Shown here in pieces: positions 51,651 to 64,000 of a stretch of DNA of 64,000 nucleotides. The DNA comes from Mobula hypostoma (Eukaryota), in NCBI RefSeq assembly GCF_963921235.1, contig NC_086097.1:175214001-175278000 (forward strand), read 5' to 3'. The notes beneath the pieces are model-generated. The model was not told where the DNA came from and searched no databases. It worked only from the letters and a program-made list of their open reading frames with translations. The first letter of the stretch is position 1, and each line of letters begins with the position of its first letter. Both the position numbers and the translations under genes were made by a program.

Positions 51651-52054
51651 TTGAGAGCACAAACCAATCCTCAGAGAGGTCTGCAGTGGGACAACATTTC
51701 GGAGGATCAATCCTGGGCTCAACATATTGACACAATCATAAAGACATACCAGCAGCTATGCTTTATTCGGAGTGTGAGGATATTCAGTATGTTATTGACA
51801 ATGCTCACATATCATGGTGCCATCCAGCATGTTGAATGATTGCTTTACTGCCTGATATGGAGAATCCAATGCACATAATAAAAAACACAAGCTAACATTT
51901 AACAGTGATTAATTCTTTGCGGCATTCCTCTGTTTTGGTGGATGTTTGCGAAGAAAAAAGAATTTCAGGATGTATATTGTATAAATTTTTCTGACAAAAT
52001 GTACCTATTATAGCCACTGTAGTGACTTTATAGCTGAATGGGATAAGCTGACTG

Positions 52055-52802
52055 GCCAGTCTTTTTCCCCAGGACAGGGAAGACGAAAACTACAATATAT
52101 AGAGTTAAGGTCAATAGAGGAATGATTTCAAAGGTACATGAGGAGCAAGTTTTTGTACACAGAGGGTGATAGGTACATGGAAGGAGCTACCGGCAGGTGC
52201 TGCAGAGGCCAATACACTTACAATTTGCAAAAGACATTTTAACCAGATGTGGACAGGAAATGTCTAAAGGGATTTGGGCTAAACACAGGCAAAGGGGACT
52301 AGTTTGGATAGGCAACTTGTTCAGCATGGGTATGCTGAGTGAAGGGCCTGTTTCCACACTATATAATTCTATACCTCTATTCATAAACCCCAAAATCCCA
52401 GAAACTGCATTGAACACTTTCTAACTGGCCCCATCACTTTCAACATTTCATGTAAAAATTACACCAGACTTCTCCACATTACAGAATTCATTTTAAAACT
52501 GTGAGTTTATACTGCCTCTTCTCATTCTTCCTACCAAAGTGTAACATTTTACATTTTTCAGCATTAAATTTAACATGAAAACAGTAATGTTATCACATCT
52601 GCAAGCACCGTCCAAGATTTAGTCAATGCATTTGTAATCCATCCAAATAAGGAAGTTCTACACATTCAGGTAAAACTCCTTAAGTAAATTAGATTACAGG
52701 AATCAAAAACTATTTGGCTTTCATCCAAAATGACTGGTTTCCTGCTCCTGGATGAAAAGAACAGATGTTGGATTTATCATTCCACTTGGTCCAATTTTGA
52801 GA
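52055..52802 (+). repeat. Local direct duplication, copy 1 (copy 2 at ~55400-56158)
   Basis: Collinear match that includes a CR1 junction and non-transposon sequence, ending ccactt(g)xtccaattttgag. Confidence 0.85.
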
Positions 52803-52864
52803 TTTTATTCACTGAAGGGCCATGATATCGTATCCAATATCATGAAGGATACAATATCGTATCT

Positions 52865-53436
52865 GTTAAATGGGGGCCGTGGACAATTCTGATTTGATGG
52901 AGACAGACGTGAAAGCACAGAGGAACATCTGGAGAAATTTCTGGAACGCAGTTTCGCTGTTATTGTTACTGCGCAATCGAGAATCTTCCGGAGGGAAGGC
53001 CTCAAAATCCCCGGCTTTGCCTGCTGTTGGCGACCGAGACTGAGGTTGAATCGTTCTGATAGAGATGGTGCTCAGTACTCGGTGTCGGAGAGCTGATCGG
53101 AGGCTTGAAGTTTTCGGACGACTCAAGAATCGGACTGTAGTCGGGCATGGCAGGGAGAGTTTTTCTTCCTTCTCCCGTCTGCATGAGACCTGGGACATTT
53201 GAGAGACTTTGAACTTTTTACTGTGCTCATGGACTGTTCTTCATCAAGTTATGGTATTGTTGCACTGTTGTAACTGTATGTTATAATTATGTGGTTTTGT
53301 TAGTTTTTTCAGCCTTGGTCTGTCCTGTGTTTTGTGATATCACACCGGAGGAAATATTGTATCATTTCTTAATGCATGCATTACTAAATGACAATAAAAG
53401 AGGACTGCGTGTCTTCATAATCTACATAATCTAATC
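52865..53436 (+). mobile_element. CpG-rich non-coding retroposon fragment with a Rex1-like 3' tail
   Basis: Ends aaatgacaataaaag...ataatctacataatctaatc. No credible ORF. Confidence 0.55.
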
Positions 53437-53709
53437 CAGATTGTTTTTTTTTTAAAAAAAGTAGTGACATTTAACTAACTCTCCCAGTGTGGTGAGATAC
53501 AAATTCATACTTTTAGCACAATAGTTCATCAACTTAACCACCAAGTTACCATTCAGTACAGCCAACTTGTTTCAGTTCAAACTAACCCTACTTGGAACAG
53601 AAATGTAAAAGCCTCTGCACTATCACTTCCATACTTACAAACTACTGGACTATATAACATTTATGAGTATTGAACTGAATGAACATAGTCACTGGTTAGC
53701 AAAACTCAC

Positions 53710-53800
53710 CTTCATCAGTTTCTCTACATTCTGCCCGATTTTGGAGCTCATCCTGCAGCAACTTCACCTCTGACTTTGGTTTCTTCTTGTTTTTCTTTGC
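53710..53800 (-). CDS. MTDH: Metadherin coding exon (91 nt, phase 0-1): AKKNKKKPKSEVKLLQDELQNRAECRETDE(G)
   Basis: tttag|GCA acceptor and GAAG|gtgagt donor. Matches human SKKNKKKSKSDAK...KEVDEG. Confidence 0.92.
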
Positions 53801-54739
53801 CTAAAGAAAAGTATCCAGATTATTAAGGAGCTGCAGATAACAGCAGGTCATCAGTCTTAACAGCTAGTCAATGAACAATAAAGTTTACAAATCTGAAAAA
53901 CACCCACATGAGAGCTTTGGACCATGTAACCCACTACCACCTTACACTGCTCTTCACTGTACCCATATCAGTTCAACAAATTGTATTTACATTACAATGC
54001 CTTTAATGTAACACATTTAACAGGAATAATATCAAATAAAAAAAGACATCAAAGTACAGGGAAGCATCAGGACATGGCCAAAAGCTTTGCTACAGAAGTG
54101 AGTCCCTACTTCTAGGGATTAAAACAAGAGGTAGTGGTGGTGGGGGGCAGGGGTGTGCTAATACCGGTTCAAGAAAAACACATCGGATGATAGGCAATGA
54201 TGATCAAACAAGGTCAAATTGATTGAACTAAAGAACAAAAAAGGAGACGATCACATTCTTGTAAATGAGTTAGAGACCTTGAAACAAACAATTGAAGAAG
54301 ACAGAATCTCAAATCAGGAGGCAAATGTCTTTGTGAAAAAAGGATAGTATTATCAAGGATTTCAGTTAACCTATCAGTAATGTGATATAGCCAGTGTAAA
54401 AGTTACAGGCAGCACCGAATTTCTAAATGGAATTAAGGATTAATTTTGGATTTCGTTTCACGTAATGAAGCTGAGCAAAATAAAGTGAAACTGAACTTGT
54501 GCAGTAGTGTTCATAATTCATTGAGATTTAACATAGACATTAAACTGTCAAATCTGTAAATGACAAGGTGCACAAAGGGGAAGATGAGACAAAGAAACAA
54601 CATTTATATGAAACACAAAGAGTTTAATACAGAAGAAAGTGTCAGAGCATTGAAAACGTAGGAGTGAAATTAAATGGGAGATTAGGAAAGAAGAGAGGTC
54701 ATGAACAACACAGGCAGTGAGGAGTGTGGTGAAAAAAGG

Positions 54740-55228
54740 GATCTTGGAATACAGCTGCATTATTAATTGAAAGAGTGTCACAGGTAGATGGATCGTAAAG
54801 AAAGCTTTTGGCACATTAGCCTTCATAAATCAATGTATTGAGTACAGAAGATGGCATGTTATGTTGAAGCTGTACAAGATGCTGGTGAGGCACAATTTGG
54901 AGTACTGTGTGCAGTTTTGGTCACCTACCTACAGCAAAGATGTAAACAAGATTGAAAGAGTGCAGAGAAAATTTACAAGGATGTTGTTGGGTCTAGAAGA
55001 CCCGAGTAAGATTGAGTAGGTCAGGATTATATATTTTTTTAAAAGAACAGAGAAGGTTGAAAAAAGATTTGATAGAGTTGTTCAAAATTATGAGGAGTAT
55101 AAATAGGGTAAATGAATGCAAACTTTTTCCCACTGAGAATGGGTGGGATTACAACCAGAGGTCATGGCTCAAGGGTGAAAGGTGAGAAGCTTAAGGGGAA
55201 GATGAAGGGAAGCTTCTTCGCTCAGAGC
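54740..55228 (+). mobile_element. CR1 LINE fragment
   Basis: Near-copy of 14340-14770 (aagaaagcttttgg...ttggagtactgtgtgcagttttggtcacctacctac). Confidence 0.8.
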
Positions 55229-55399
55229 AACAAGAAACATTGGTTTGACTGAAAATGTAGTTTTGTTGTCCAATTCCAGTGAGAACACTAAGAAAAGAAC
55301 AATCATGTTCCTCATGATTTCACAGTTTGTTCTCTCTGCCTGAACTATAAGAGGGTGAGGGATGACTTTATAGATAAAATCACAAGCAGCACAGATAAG

Positions 55400-56158
55400 G
55401 TCAATGTTTTTCTTCAGGACAGGAAAATCTAAAATTTAGTCTAAAGGTCTAAACTACAGCAAAGAGTTAAAGTGAATGACTTAAAAGATACCTTTTCTAC
55501 ATGTTAGGAACATGGAACAAGCCATCAGAAAAAGCTGTAGAGGCCAATACAATTATGTTTAAAAGGCACTTAGACTAGATGTGAATAGGATGGTTAGGAA
55601 AGGTTTAGAGGGATCTGGCTAAACACAGGGAAAAACACTCATTTGAGTAGTCAACTTGTTCAGCATGGATATTTGTAAAGAGCCTGTTTCCCCACTGTAT
55701 AATTCTATACCTCTGTTTGTAAACTCCAAGATCCCATAAACTGCATTAAACACTTGCTCAAATGGCACTGCCCCTTTCAATATACTATGTAAATACTGCA
55801 CCAGACTTGTCCACTTTACAGAATTCACTGTAAAACTGTCTGAGTTTATACCACCTCTTTTCATTCTTCCTGCCAAAGTGTAACATTTTTACATTTTTCA
55901 ACATTAAATTTAATTTACACTTGATGTTTTCATGAAGACAGTAATGTCATCACATCTGCAACCAAAGTCCAATATTTAGTCAATGACTTTGTTTGCAATC
56001 CATTCAAGCAAGGAACTTCTGCACATTCAGGTAAATGTTCACAATTTTGATAGCAAATAGATTACAGGAATCAAAAGATATTTGGTTTTCACCCAAAAAG
56101 ATTGTGGATGAAATGAACAGATGGTGGATTTAACATTCCACTTGCTCCAATTTTGAGG
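55400..56158 (+). repeat. Local direct duplication, copy 2
   Basis: Shared blocks such as aattctatacctct, caaagtgtaacatttt and agattacaggaatcaaaa. Confidence 0.85.
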
Positions 56159-56314
56159 ATCATTTCAGAATAAAAACTACTGGAATTGAACTTAAATTGT
56201 ATTTAATTGAACTGTAATTGGGACAATGTCATTTTGGAAGCTTCTCTTTGACAGCATCTTTTTGTGGGTAGCTCTGCACTACCTGGTTGAGGTAAATGGG
56301 AATGTTAGGATAAG

Positions 56315-56790
56315 ACAAAAGAGATGGCAGACACTGGAATCTAGAGCAAAAACCAAATGCTGGAAGAACTCTTAAACGAAGCAGCAAATGTGGAGGGAAA
56401 TGGACAGTACAGTTGACATTTCAGGTCAAGATATTTCATCCACCTGATAGTGAAGATAGCCAGAATAAAGAGGCAAGGAGAAGGGGTGGTCAAAAGTTGG
56501 CAAGTGAAAGGTGGATCCAGTTAAGGAGGGGTAATAGGTAGCTGGAGAAGGGGAGAGTTCAAATAATGATAAAGGCTGAGAAGCAATAGGTGGAGGTGAA
56601 GAGCCCCACAGGAGAAGAAGGTGGAGCATGGAACCAAAACAAGGGAGGTGGGGAGGTCAGATGGAGTGGGTGGAGAAGGGGAAATAAACAGGCTGATGGA
56701 GGGATGGGGTGAATGTAGAAAGAACTGCATACATCAAGAGAAGAGAGAAAGGAGGAGGAAGCAGTTTACCTGAGATTAGAGAAGTCAATG
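56315..56790 (-). mobile_element. Old Penelope-like terminal fragment
   Basis: Purine-rich + strand and a degenerate terminal repeat resembling 27060-27537. Confidence 0.6.
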
Positions 56791-56996
56791 ATAGTGTAAT
56801 TAATGTACTGGATCATTTTGTGATTTGTCAGTATGGTTGACTCTTAGCTGTCTTCCCCAACGAGGGCTAGCTACACACCTTGTGAATAAATAACAGTTTA
56901 TAAACAGATCATGAAAGCATCTTCTACCTGTTGGCAGTTACATAAACTTCCTCCAAGACGAGCAAATACATAATCTGGGAACACTATACCATTATA

Positions 56997-57863
56997 CATT
57001 GCCTTGTAAAAGTAGTCAGCCCCCAGTCGTTTCTTCACATAATAAAGCATTACAACCAGGGATTTTGATCAATTTAACTGCAAATTTTTATTTGTGAATC
57101 ACATGTTCCTTTTCTCCCCCCTCCCCACAGTAGAACTTAAAACAGGGAAAACTGTAGAGCATGAAAAACTAAAAATTCAAAATCTGAAATGTCAGCAGTC
57201 CAAAAGTATTCACCCCCCCCCCCCCCCGCTTAACTCAGTACTTAATTGAACCACCTCTTGCTGCTATTACAGCTAGTAGTCTTTTTGGGTAGGTCTCTAG
57301 TAGTTTTGCACAACCCGATGGAGCAAGGTTTTCCCCATTCCTCCTTGCAAAATTGCTCAAGCTACAGCAGGATAGTTGGAGTCGTAGTGGACAGCAACCT
57401 TGAGGTCTTGCCACAGACATTTGATCCAGTTAAGGTCAGGACTCTGACTGGGCCACTCAAGGACACCAATTTTCATCATTTGAAGCCACTCCATGGTTGC
57501 TCTTTGGATCATTTCCTGCTGAAAGATTAACTTCCTCTCCAGTTACAGAGACCTCACAGAGAGGGGGTATTTAATTCAGATGATCTTCTAATTTTCTACA
57601 ACAAATTGAGTGAGTTGGTAAGGTAATATATAGTATTGCACCTGAGGAAATTAGCGTAGGGGATGCATACTTTTTCAGCCCCAATTTTAGTTTTTAATTT
57701 TTAGTAATTGTTGACAGGTTTTGAAATTTCTTTTGATTTGACATGATGCACGAAGCTTTGTAAATAAGCTTTAAAAATCCTACTTCAATACATCCAAATT
57801 TAGAAAATGAGACAATAAAATGTGGAAGTAGTTGCGGGAGCTGAATAATTTTTCAAAGCACTG
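56997..57863 (-). mobile_element. Internally deleted Tc1 transposon
   Basis: Termini TA|CATTGCCTTGTAAAAG and TTTTCAAAGCACTG|TA. Transposase C-terminus CAKLLETYPKRLLAVIAARGGSIKY. Confidence 0.85.
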
Positions 57864-58236
57864 TAAATAGTTTTGTTTCCTCAGGGTATGGGAGTCACTG
57901 GCAAGGCTGGTATGCATATACGGCTATTCCCAGATGGTGGCAAGATACCATTATGCATCATTGAAGTTGGTGATTATTGTAGGACACTAAGTGCCTTCCA
58001 AAGATTCAGGCATTACCAAATTATTGCCTTAGCTGTAATAAACCCTAGACAACTTCCATCCCTGTAATTCAGGGTGCATTAGTTTGAACGTCTCTGAAAT
58101 GGTTTGGAATCATTTTGTTTATAATGAGGGTACAAATGCAACTTAATGCAGAATGTCAACAACTAACTCAGGTCCAATACATTAGCCTACACAAACATCA
58201 CACAAGAAAGTCAAGAGATATCAGATGTAAACAAAC

Positions 58237-58347
58237 CTTTTCAGTTTTCTTTTCTACATCCAGTTGTTTCACAATAATCTTTTCAAATGATTCATTAATT
58301 TCCTCCTCTAATGGCTCAGCTCCTGCACGTCCATTAGGCTGAGATTT
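58237..58347 (-). CDS. MTDH: Metadherin coding exon, equivalent to human exon 2 (111 nt, phase 0-0): KSQPNGRAGAEPLEEEINESFEKIIVKQLDVEKKTEK
   Basis: cgccag|AAA acceptor and AAG|gtttgt donor. Resembles human KPKPNGRTVE...KQPPEIDKKNEK as recalled. Confidence 0.88.
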
Positions 58348-60079
58348 CTGGCGAAAAGAAAAACACAACCATGAGTTCTTGGAAAATATATATCTAAAAC
58401 AATTACAACCAAAATAAACAATTGTTCCAAAACTAAAACTGGTGACAAAACCCATGGAGGGGATGCAGGAAATATTGATTTAAGAATATTTCAATACCCC
58501 TCAACATGGGCCTGCTGAACTTATTATTTTCCTCAAGTATTTAATAATACAATCTGGCATTTCCTCTACTGCCAAGATCAGCCTAACTGCTCTGACTTAT
58601 TCCTCTTTCCAAATTAAAAAGTAGGCTTACAATTCCTGAATCACAGTACTTATTGCAACTATTCTAAAATCTATACGTTTGGATCATAACCAATGCCTCC
58701 ATTCTCAAGGACATACCTCAAAACTCTAGGACATGTCATCAGCTACTGTGAATACACTGGCGTTCAGTCCCCTTAATGTCTCCAATATTAGTATTTGATT
58801 AATAATTTCATTAAACTCTTCTGTAAGTTTTCATGGTCATTTGTGTAAACTAAAAAAAATGCAAATTTCCAGAGGTAAACTAATGTAGTTTACTGATCTC
58901 ATTAAGTCTACCAAAGTTAATTTGACCAACTTCAAATGTAAATTTTGCTCCTGCAAATTTCGGGTCTCTTGTGATTACTCTTATGATTTGTTAATATATT
59001 TTGGTAATATTACTTTATATGTTATGTATGAGTTACATGTACTGTGTTGGGCACCTTGGTCTGGATGAATGTTACTTCATCTGGCAGTATACCTGTGTAC
59101 CACTGAATGACAATAAACTGAACATGAACTTGAAGGGTTTTAATGCACAACAAATTGGTTCTGTGACTGTTCCTAGTACCCATTATCCTGAAAAACGTTA
59201 CAACCAGAAAGCCAGAGATCAAATCAAACGGGTTTAATCATATTTACATTAAAAATACCCCACACAAACAGGCTCTGCTGCTTGCAAAGTCTGCCTGGTG
59301 TGTGCCCTTGACAATTTTACCCTGATCACTCATCGTTCCTTCAGTTGCTTGGCCAAGATAGATCTGTACATTGAGAGTTTTCTCCTCAACCAATAACAGT
59401 GGAATTTCACATTACACCTCTGATCCTGGCCCCTCTGCCCCAACTTTCCAAAAGTTTTGAAGTTTCCATCCAATCCAGGCTTAGAGAGAGTGGTCAAAAT
59501 TCCAACAAAAACATTCCTCTCCTTATTTACAGTATTTTAATGTCTTAATACCAAGGCACAGGTAGTGAAACTAGTGTCAAAATTTACTTCCTATGGCATG
59601 AAGCCTTGAATACCACATACAAATCTAACAGCAGCTACATCAAACCAGACTAAAGACTCTTAGGACACAAGGATCTTTTGCTTTTATTTTCCCCCAATAA
59701 AATTTCCATTTCAATTCACAGTGCAGCTTTTTAAAATCAACTTTTAAACTTAATCCACATGCAAAATTTCATCTCCAATAGTTTTGCCTATTTGTCCAGC
59801 AGCATATATTATTGCTTTGTTGGTCTTTGACTACATTTCCATTTTGATAAAATCTGTTTCTAAGCCCTAATCAGATCTCCATCAAGTAGCCACAGGGATC
59901 GATGCAAATTATCTACCATAATAATTTTGTTTTCAGGATCAAGTAATAATGTATACAAGTTTGCTGATAACAAAACTGGGTGTGCACTGCCAGAAGGATA
60001 CAGAGAAGCAATAGTCACCATTAAGCGAGCAGTGAGCAGATAAGCGAAAGCAGCTTCAGGTTCCTGGATGACAATATCT

Positions 60080-60615
60080 CTGAGAACATATTGATGCAAT
60101 TAGCAAGACAGCACTCCAGTAGTTCTACCTCATTAGGAGTTTGAGGAGATTTGATATATCAAAGACTCTTGCAAATATCTATAGATATACAGTGAAGTGC
60201 ATTTGATTGGTTGTGTCACAAGTGATACGTGGCCTCCAATGCACAGGATTTCAAGAGGCTCAGTTCCATCATAGGCACTATGCTCCCCATCAGAGGACAT
60301 ATTCAAAAGGCAGTACCTAAAGAAAGTACCATCCGTCATCAAGGACCCTCACCATCTGGGACATGCTTCCTCCTTTTCACTATCCTCAGAAAGGAAGTAC
60401 AGGAGCCTGAAGATCTACACTCAGCAATTCAGAAACAGCTTCTTCCCCTCAGCAACCAAATTTCCAAATGGTAAATGAACATTCCTCAGTATTCCTTCCC
60501 ACCACCACCATCTATTTTTGTAATTTATAGTAATTTTATGTCTTTGCAATTGTGCTGCCACAAAATAACAAATTTCATGTTGTAAGACAGTGATAACAAA
60601 CCTTATTCTGATCTG
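60080..60615 (+). mobile_element. Old Rex1/Babar LINE 3' fragment
   Basis: Similar to 50920-51520. Tail gataacaaaccttattctga. Confidence 0.7.
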
Positions 60616-63343
60616 TATATGCTCAAAGTAAATGGCGGATGGGATTATAATATGGAAATAGGGGGACCGTCACTTTGGTAGAAAAATGAGGAAATGAACA
60701 GTATTAGCCACAGTTGTATAGTATGGAAACAAGCCATTCATTCCAACTTATCCACAATGACTAGAAGTAATGCTGTTTCCCTATATCTCGCAAATATTTT
60801 CTATCCATGTACCTGCTGGTGTTCAGTAGACCTGAGGTTAGACTGTACATAAATTAATGAAAGCTGGTACTCAGGTCAAGCAAGCAATTTGGAAGGCAAA
60901 TGCAGGAATGCCAGAAAAACTCAGCCAAACATGCAGCATCCACAGAAAGAGAAGCCAGTCAATCTTTCAAGCCATCATTCCTTCCTCAGGAATGGGATGA
61001 TAGCCTCTAAGCAAGTAGAGGTATCTTACTCAAATTATACAGAGCTTTGGTGGGAGTGCCTTCGAAATGTTGTATAGTTGTTTACTCTATCTGAGGGAAT
61101 CCATATTTGGTGGGGGTTGAGGTATGGAAAGACCTGTGCTTTCAGAATGAGGTGTGATCTTATTGAAACACTACATTCTGCAGGTTTAAAAGTGGCCAGT
61201 GCTGTGATGTTTCCAACAGTGTCTACAATCAGGAGGCAAAAATTGCAAAACTTAGTCACTCAAGAGAGAGTCTAGAAGAAATGCCTTCACCCAGAGGAAC
61301 ACGAATCCTTGGGATTCTCTACCCATGGTAGATGTGGTGGCTCAATTGTTCAGTTTATTCTATCAGAGATTGATAGATCTTCAGATACTAAGGAGCCGAA
61401 GATATGTAGATTAGAGGAATAAGGTGATTCTGAGGTAAAATAAATGGCTGAGAAGACTCAGAAAGACAAATAATCTACTCCATTTTCTATTTCTTATCTT
61501 TTCCTTGCAAAGGAAAACTCAGTCAAATAAATGATGGGCTCATTCAGAGAATATAGGCATCGGGAACTGCACTAGACTAGAGATTACTTGTCTACTTCAG
61601 AGGCAGTTAAAAGGCAGACTGGGCAATTAATCTATGGTCACACAAGCCAGACCACGTGGCAGGTATCTTTCCCTGGAGGATATTAGTGAACTGGTCTAGT
61701 TCTTAATGACAATAATAGTGATTTATAGGACACTAATGCTGATATCTTTTAATTTCAGATTACTTTTCTCAATTAAGTCTCCAACTACTGTGGAGGAATG
61801 AGCACACATCTCTCGATTATTAATCCGGACCTCTGGATTACAACTACAGTACCATATCCACAGTAATAACAAACCCATACAATGAACAATTGAAAAGCAT
61901 TTGTTCAAACGCGTTGTGTTTATGCACTCTGACCCATGACCTTAATCTGCAATAATACATCTATGGGATACTAAAGAGGATCAACTCATGTCAGGCTTGA
62001 GACAACCTCCACTGTTCTATTACGAAAAGTTAAATTAGCACAGTTTTTAAAAAAAGGGAAGACTGCAGCATTTAATGAATGAATGATACAATAATTTAAC
62101 ACTGATGTCACAAAGAATCTACAGGAAACAGTCATGGGATTTGATTGTAGCAGAAAGGTCATTCTCAATCTTAAATGACTATCCAAGAACTAAACTGATT
62201 TTACTGCACTGTTGCTCGAATTTGTTCTGTCATTCTTACGGCACAGAAGATACATGTGAACCCACTGTGTCTGTGCCGGCTCCTTAAAAGAGCTATCAAA
62301 TGTGTATTACTACCAATGCTCTTTCCTCATAACGCTGCATTGTTTTCAAGTACTAATCAAACTTAATTTTGTCTTTACTGAATCTGCTAATTATAGATGA
62401 TCTCTCTAATCTATAATTGGAAATGCTCTGCATATGAAAAAATTTCAAATGGACAAATTCCAAGTGGGACTAGTGTTAAATGGCCAGTACAAACTTAACA
62501 GACTGTATAGTAACAGACTGATTTATTGCACTTCAAGTTTCCTTTTTGTTGTTTTAAACTTGGTGCTCTTCGGAAACCATACCTACCATTTGCAGAAACT
62601 ATTCCACAAAATGCATTGTAAAAACATGAAATTTTAACACCTTTATATTTCCAATTCGAGGAGAAAACTCTTCACTACTCCAATTATTAAATTTCTTCAT
62701 CATGTTTATTTATTTCTACATTTATCAAGTTTGTAACTTCAAGGTTGCCAGAAATTAGAAATGTGGGAGGATACAACTTATCAATGACCGTATACGAATA
62801 AATTTTGCATTATCAATTACCAAAGCAAATTAGATTTTGCCAACTTTAAGATCATTCTGTTCAATTGACTTTTACAATGAATGAAAGTATAATCTTAGAC
62901 TCTCAGCTCAGTTTAAATAAATTGAGCTTGATGGTTGATTTACTTATGAATTTCAATTACTAAAACTCAATTCATTGCAAAATTAACATATGTATACATG
63001 CATCCTGCCAAGACCATTTGGATGGTTATGTTTAATCATAAATGTGCAAATACAAGATTTTTAAATATCATTTAGTTGACTTTCTGAAGTTGCATTGGAG
63101 GCATTGACTCCATCAGGTGAAGAAACTTGGTCAAATGGACCAGAACATGCAAATGTAATACTCTCCATTTTAAAAGTCACCCATCTGCTCTTATTTTTAG
63201 ATTTCAGTTATCAATTTCTGTGTCCTTATTTAGAATAGAAAATTTCACTCCGTAACTAAAGCCATTCCCAATATGCAAGGCATTAACAGTCTTTCTTAGG
63301 GCTGGGAAATGGTAGCACTGGGTTCTACAATCACCAATCTCAG

Positions 63344-63530
63344 CAGAAGCTGAAAAGGCATTCTTTAATGGAGGGGTGGGAAGCAGACATCAGAAGCTGA
63401 AAAGGCATTCTTTAATGGGGGGGTGGGAGGCAGACATCTGAAGCTGAAAAGGCATTCTTTAATGGGGGGGTGGGAGGCAGACATCAGAAGCTGAAAAGGC
63501 ATTCTTTAAGGGGGGGGCAGAAGGTAGACA
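63344..63530 (+). repeat. 47-bp minisatellite, ~4 copies
   Basis: Unit cagaagctgaaaaggcattctttaatggggggtgggaggcagacat-like, starting at 63344, 63391, 63438 and 63485. Confidence 0.95.
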
Positions 63531-63559
63531 GTGGGTAGTTAATCTTCAACATTTTACAT

Positions 63560-63945
63560 GAATATGCAGGCGAATCAGAATTTGACTGAAGAGCTGGGAT
63601 GCTTGTCCCTAGAGTACAGCAAGCTGAGGGGTGACCTTAATGAGATTTAGAAAATGATGATGGCATAAATCGAGTAGATGGACAGTCTTTCCCCAGGGCA
63701 GAAAGTCTAAACCTAGGGCACAGGAGAGGAAACATTTAAATGGGACCATAGGGGAACTTTTTCCAGAGGGTGGTGGCTACGTGGCACCAACTGTCAAAGG
63801 AAGTGGTAGATGTTTAAATCATAATGTTTAAAAGACATTAAACGTTGACATGGGTCAAACGCAGACAAATCAGAATAGTTCAAGCAGACACCCTGCTAGG
63901 CATAGATGAGCTGGGCCAAAGGATCCATTTCCCTGCTGTATGATT
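63560..63945 (+). mobile_element. CR1 LINE 3' fragment
   Basis: gctgaggggtgacctt...gggccaaaggatccatttccctgctgtatga 3' end. Similar fragments lie at 26450-26810, 30340-30770 and 47480-47825. Confidence 0.7.
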
Positions 63946-64000
63946 ATGATAAAATGAAAGTTCGATAGAGATTTCAGAATAAGCTTTTTAGAGAATGGCT

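Noticed and set aside
63344..63530. CRISPR-like array
   Set aside because: The units are head-to-tail with no unique spacers, there are no cas genes, and the context is eukaryotic.
58348..64000. MTDH exon 1 or promoter
   Set aside because: No CpG island and no transmembrane-helix-coding exon was seen, so it presumably lies beyond the window.

Overview
Vertebrate genomic DNA. The repeat content (Penelope-like elements, CR1 and Rex1/Babar LINEs, tRNA-derived SINEs, Tc1 and Tigger DNA transposons) points to a cartilaginous fish, probably a ray; this is inference. The window holds most of one minus-strand protein-coding gene, metadherin (MTDH/LYRIC/AEG-1). Eleven coding exons run from 58347 down to the stop codon at 2631. 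All have GT-AG boundaries and consistent phases, giving 1422 nt (473 aa plus stop). A ~1.75 kb 3' UTR ends near an AATAAA at 904-909. Exon 1 (start codon and transmembrane helix) was not found and should lie beyond 64000. The introns are dense with decayed, often nested transposons. The most notable items are: (1) minimal hammerhead-ribozyme motifs in Penelope termini, with one intact core on the MTDH sense strand; (2) a recurring short fold-back element made of two head-to-head Penelope/ribozyme termini; (3) a four-level nest, Penelope > Gypsy > CR1 > CR1; (4) a solo LTR with a 4-bp target-site duplication (TSD); (5) a ~0.75 kb direct duplication flanking an MTDH exon. No CRISPR or prokaryote-type system is present. 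Transposon boundaries are approximate and family names come from motif recognition, not database searches.
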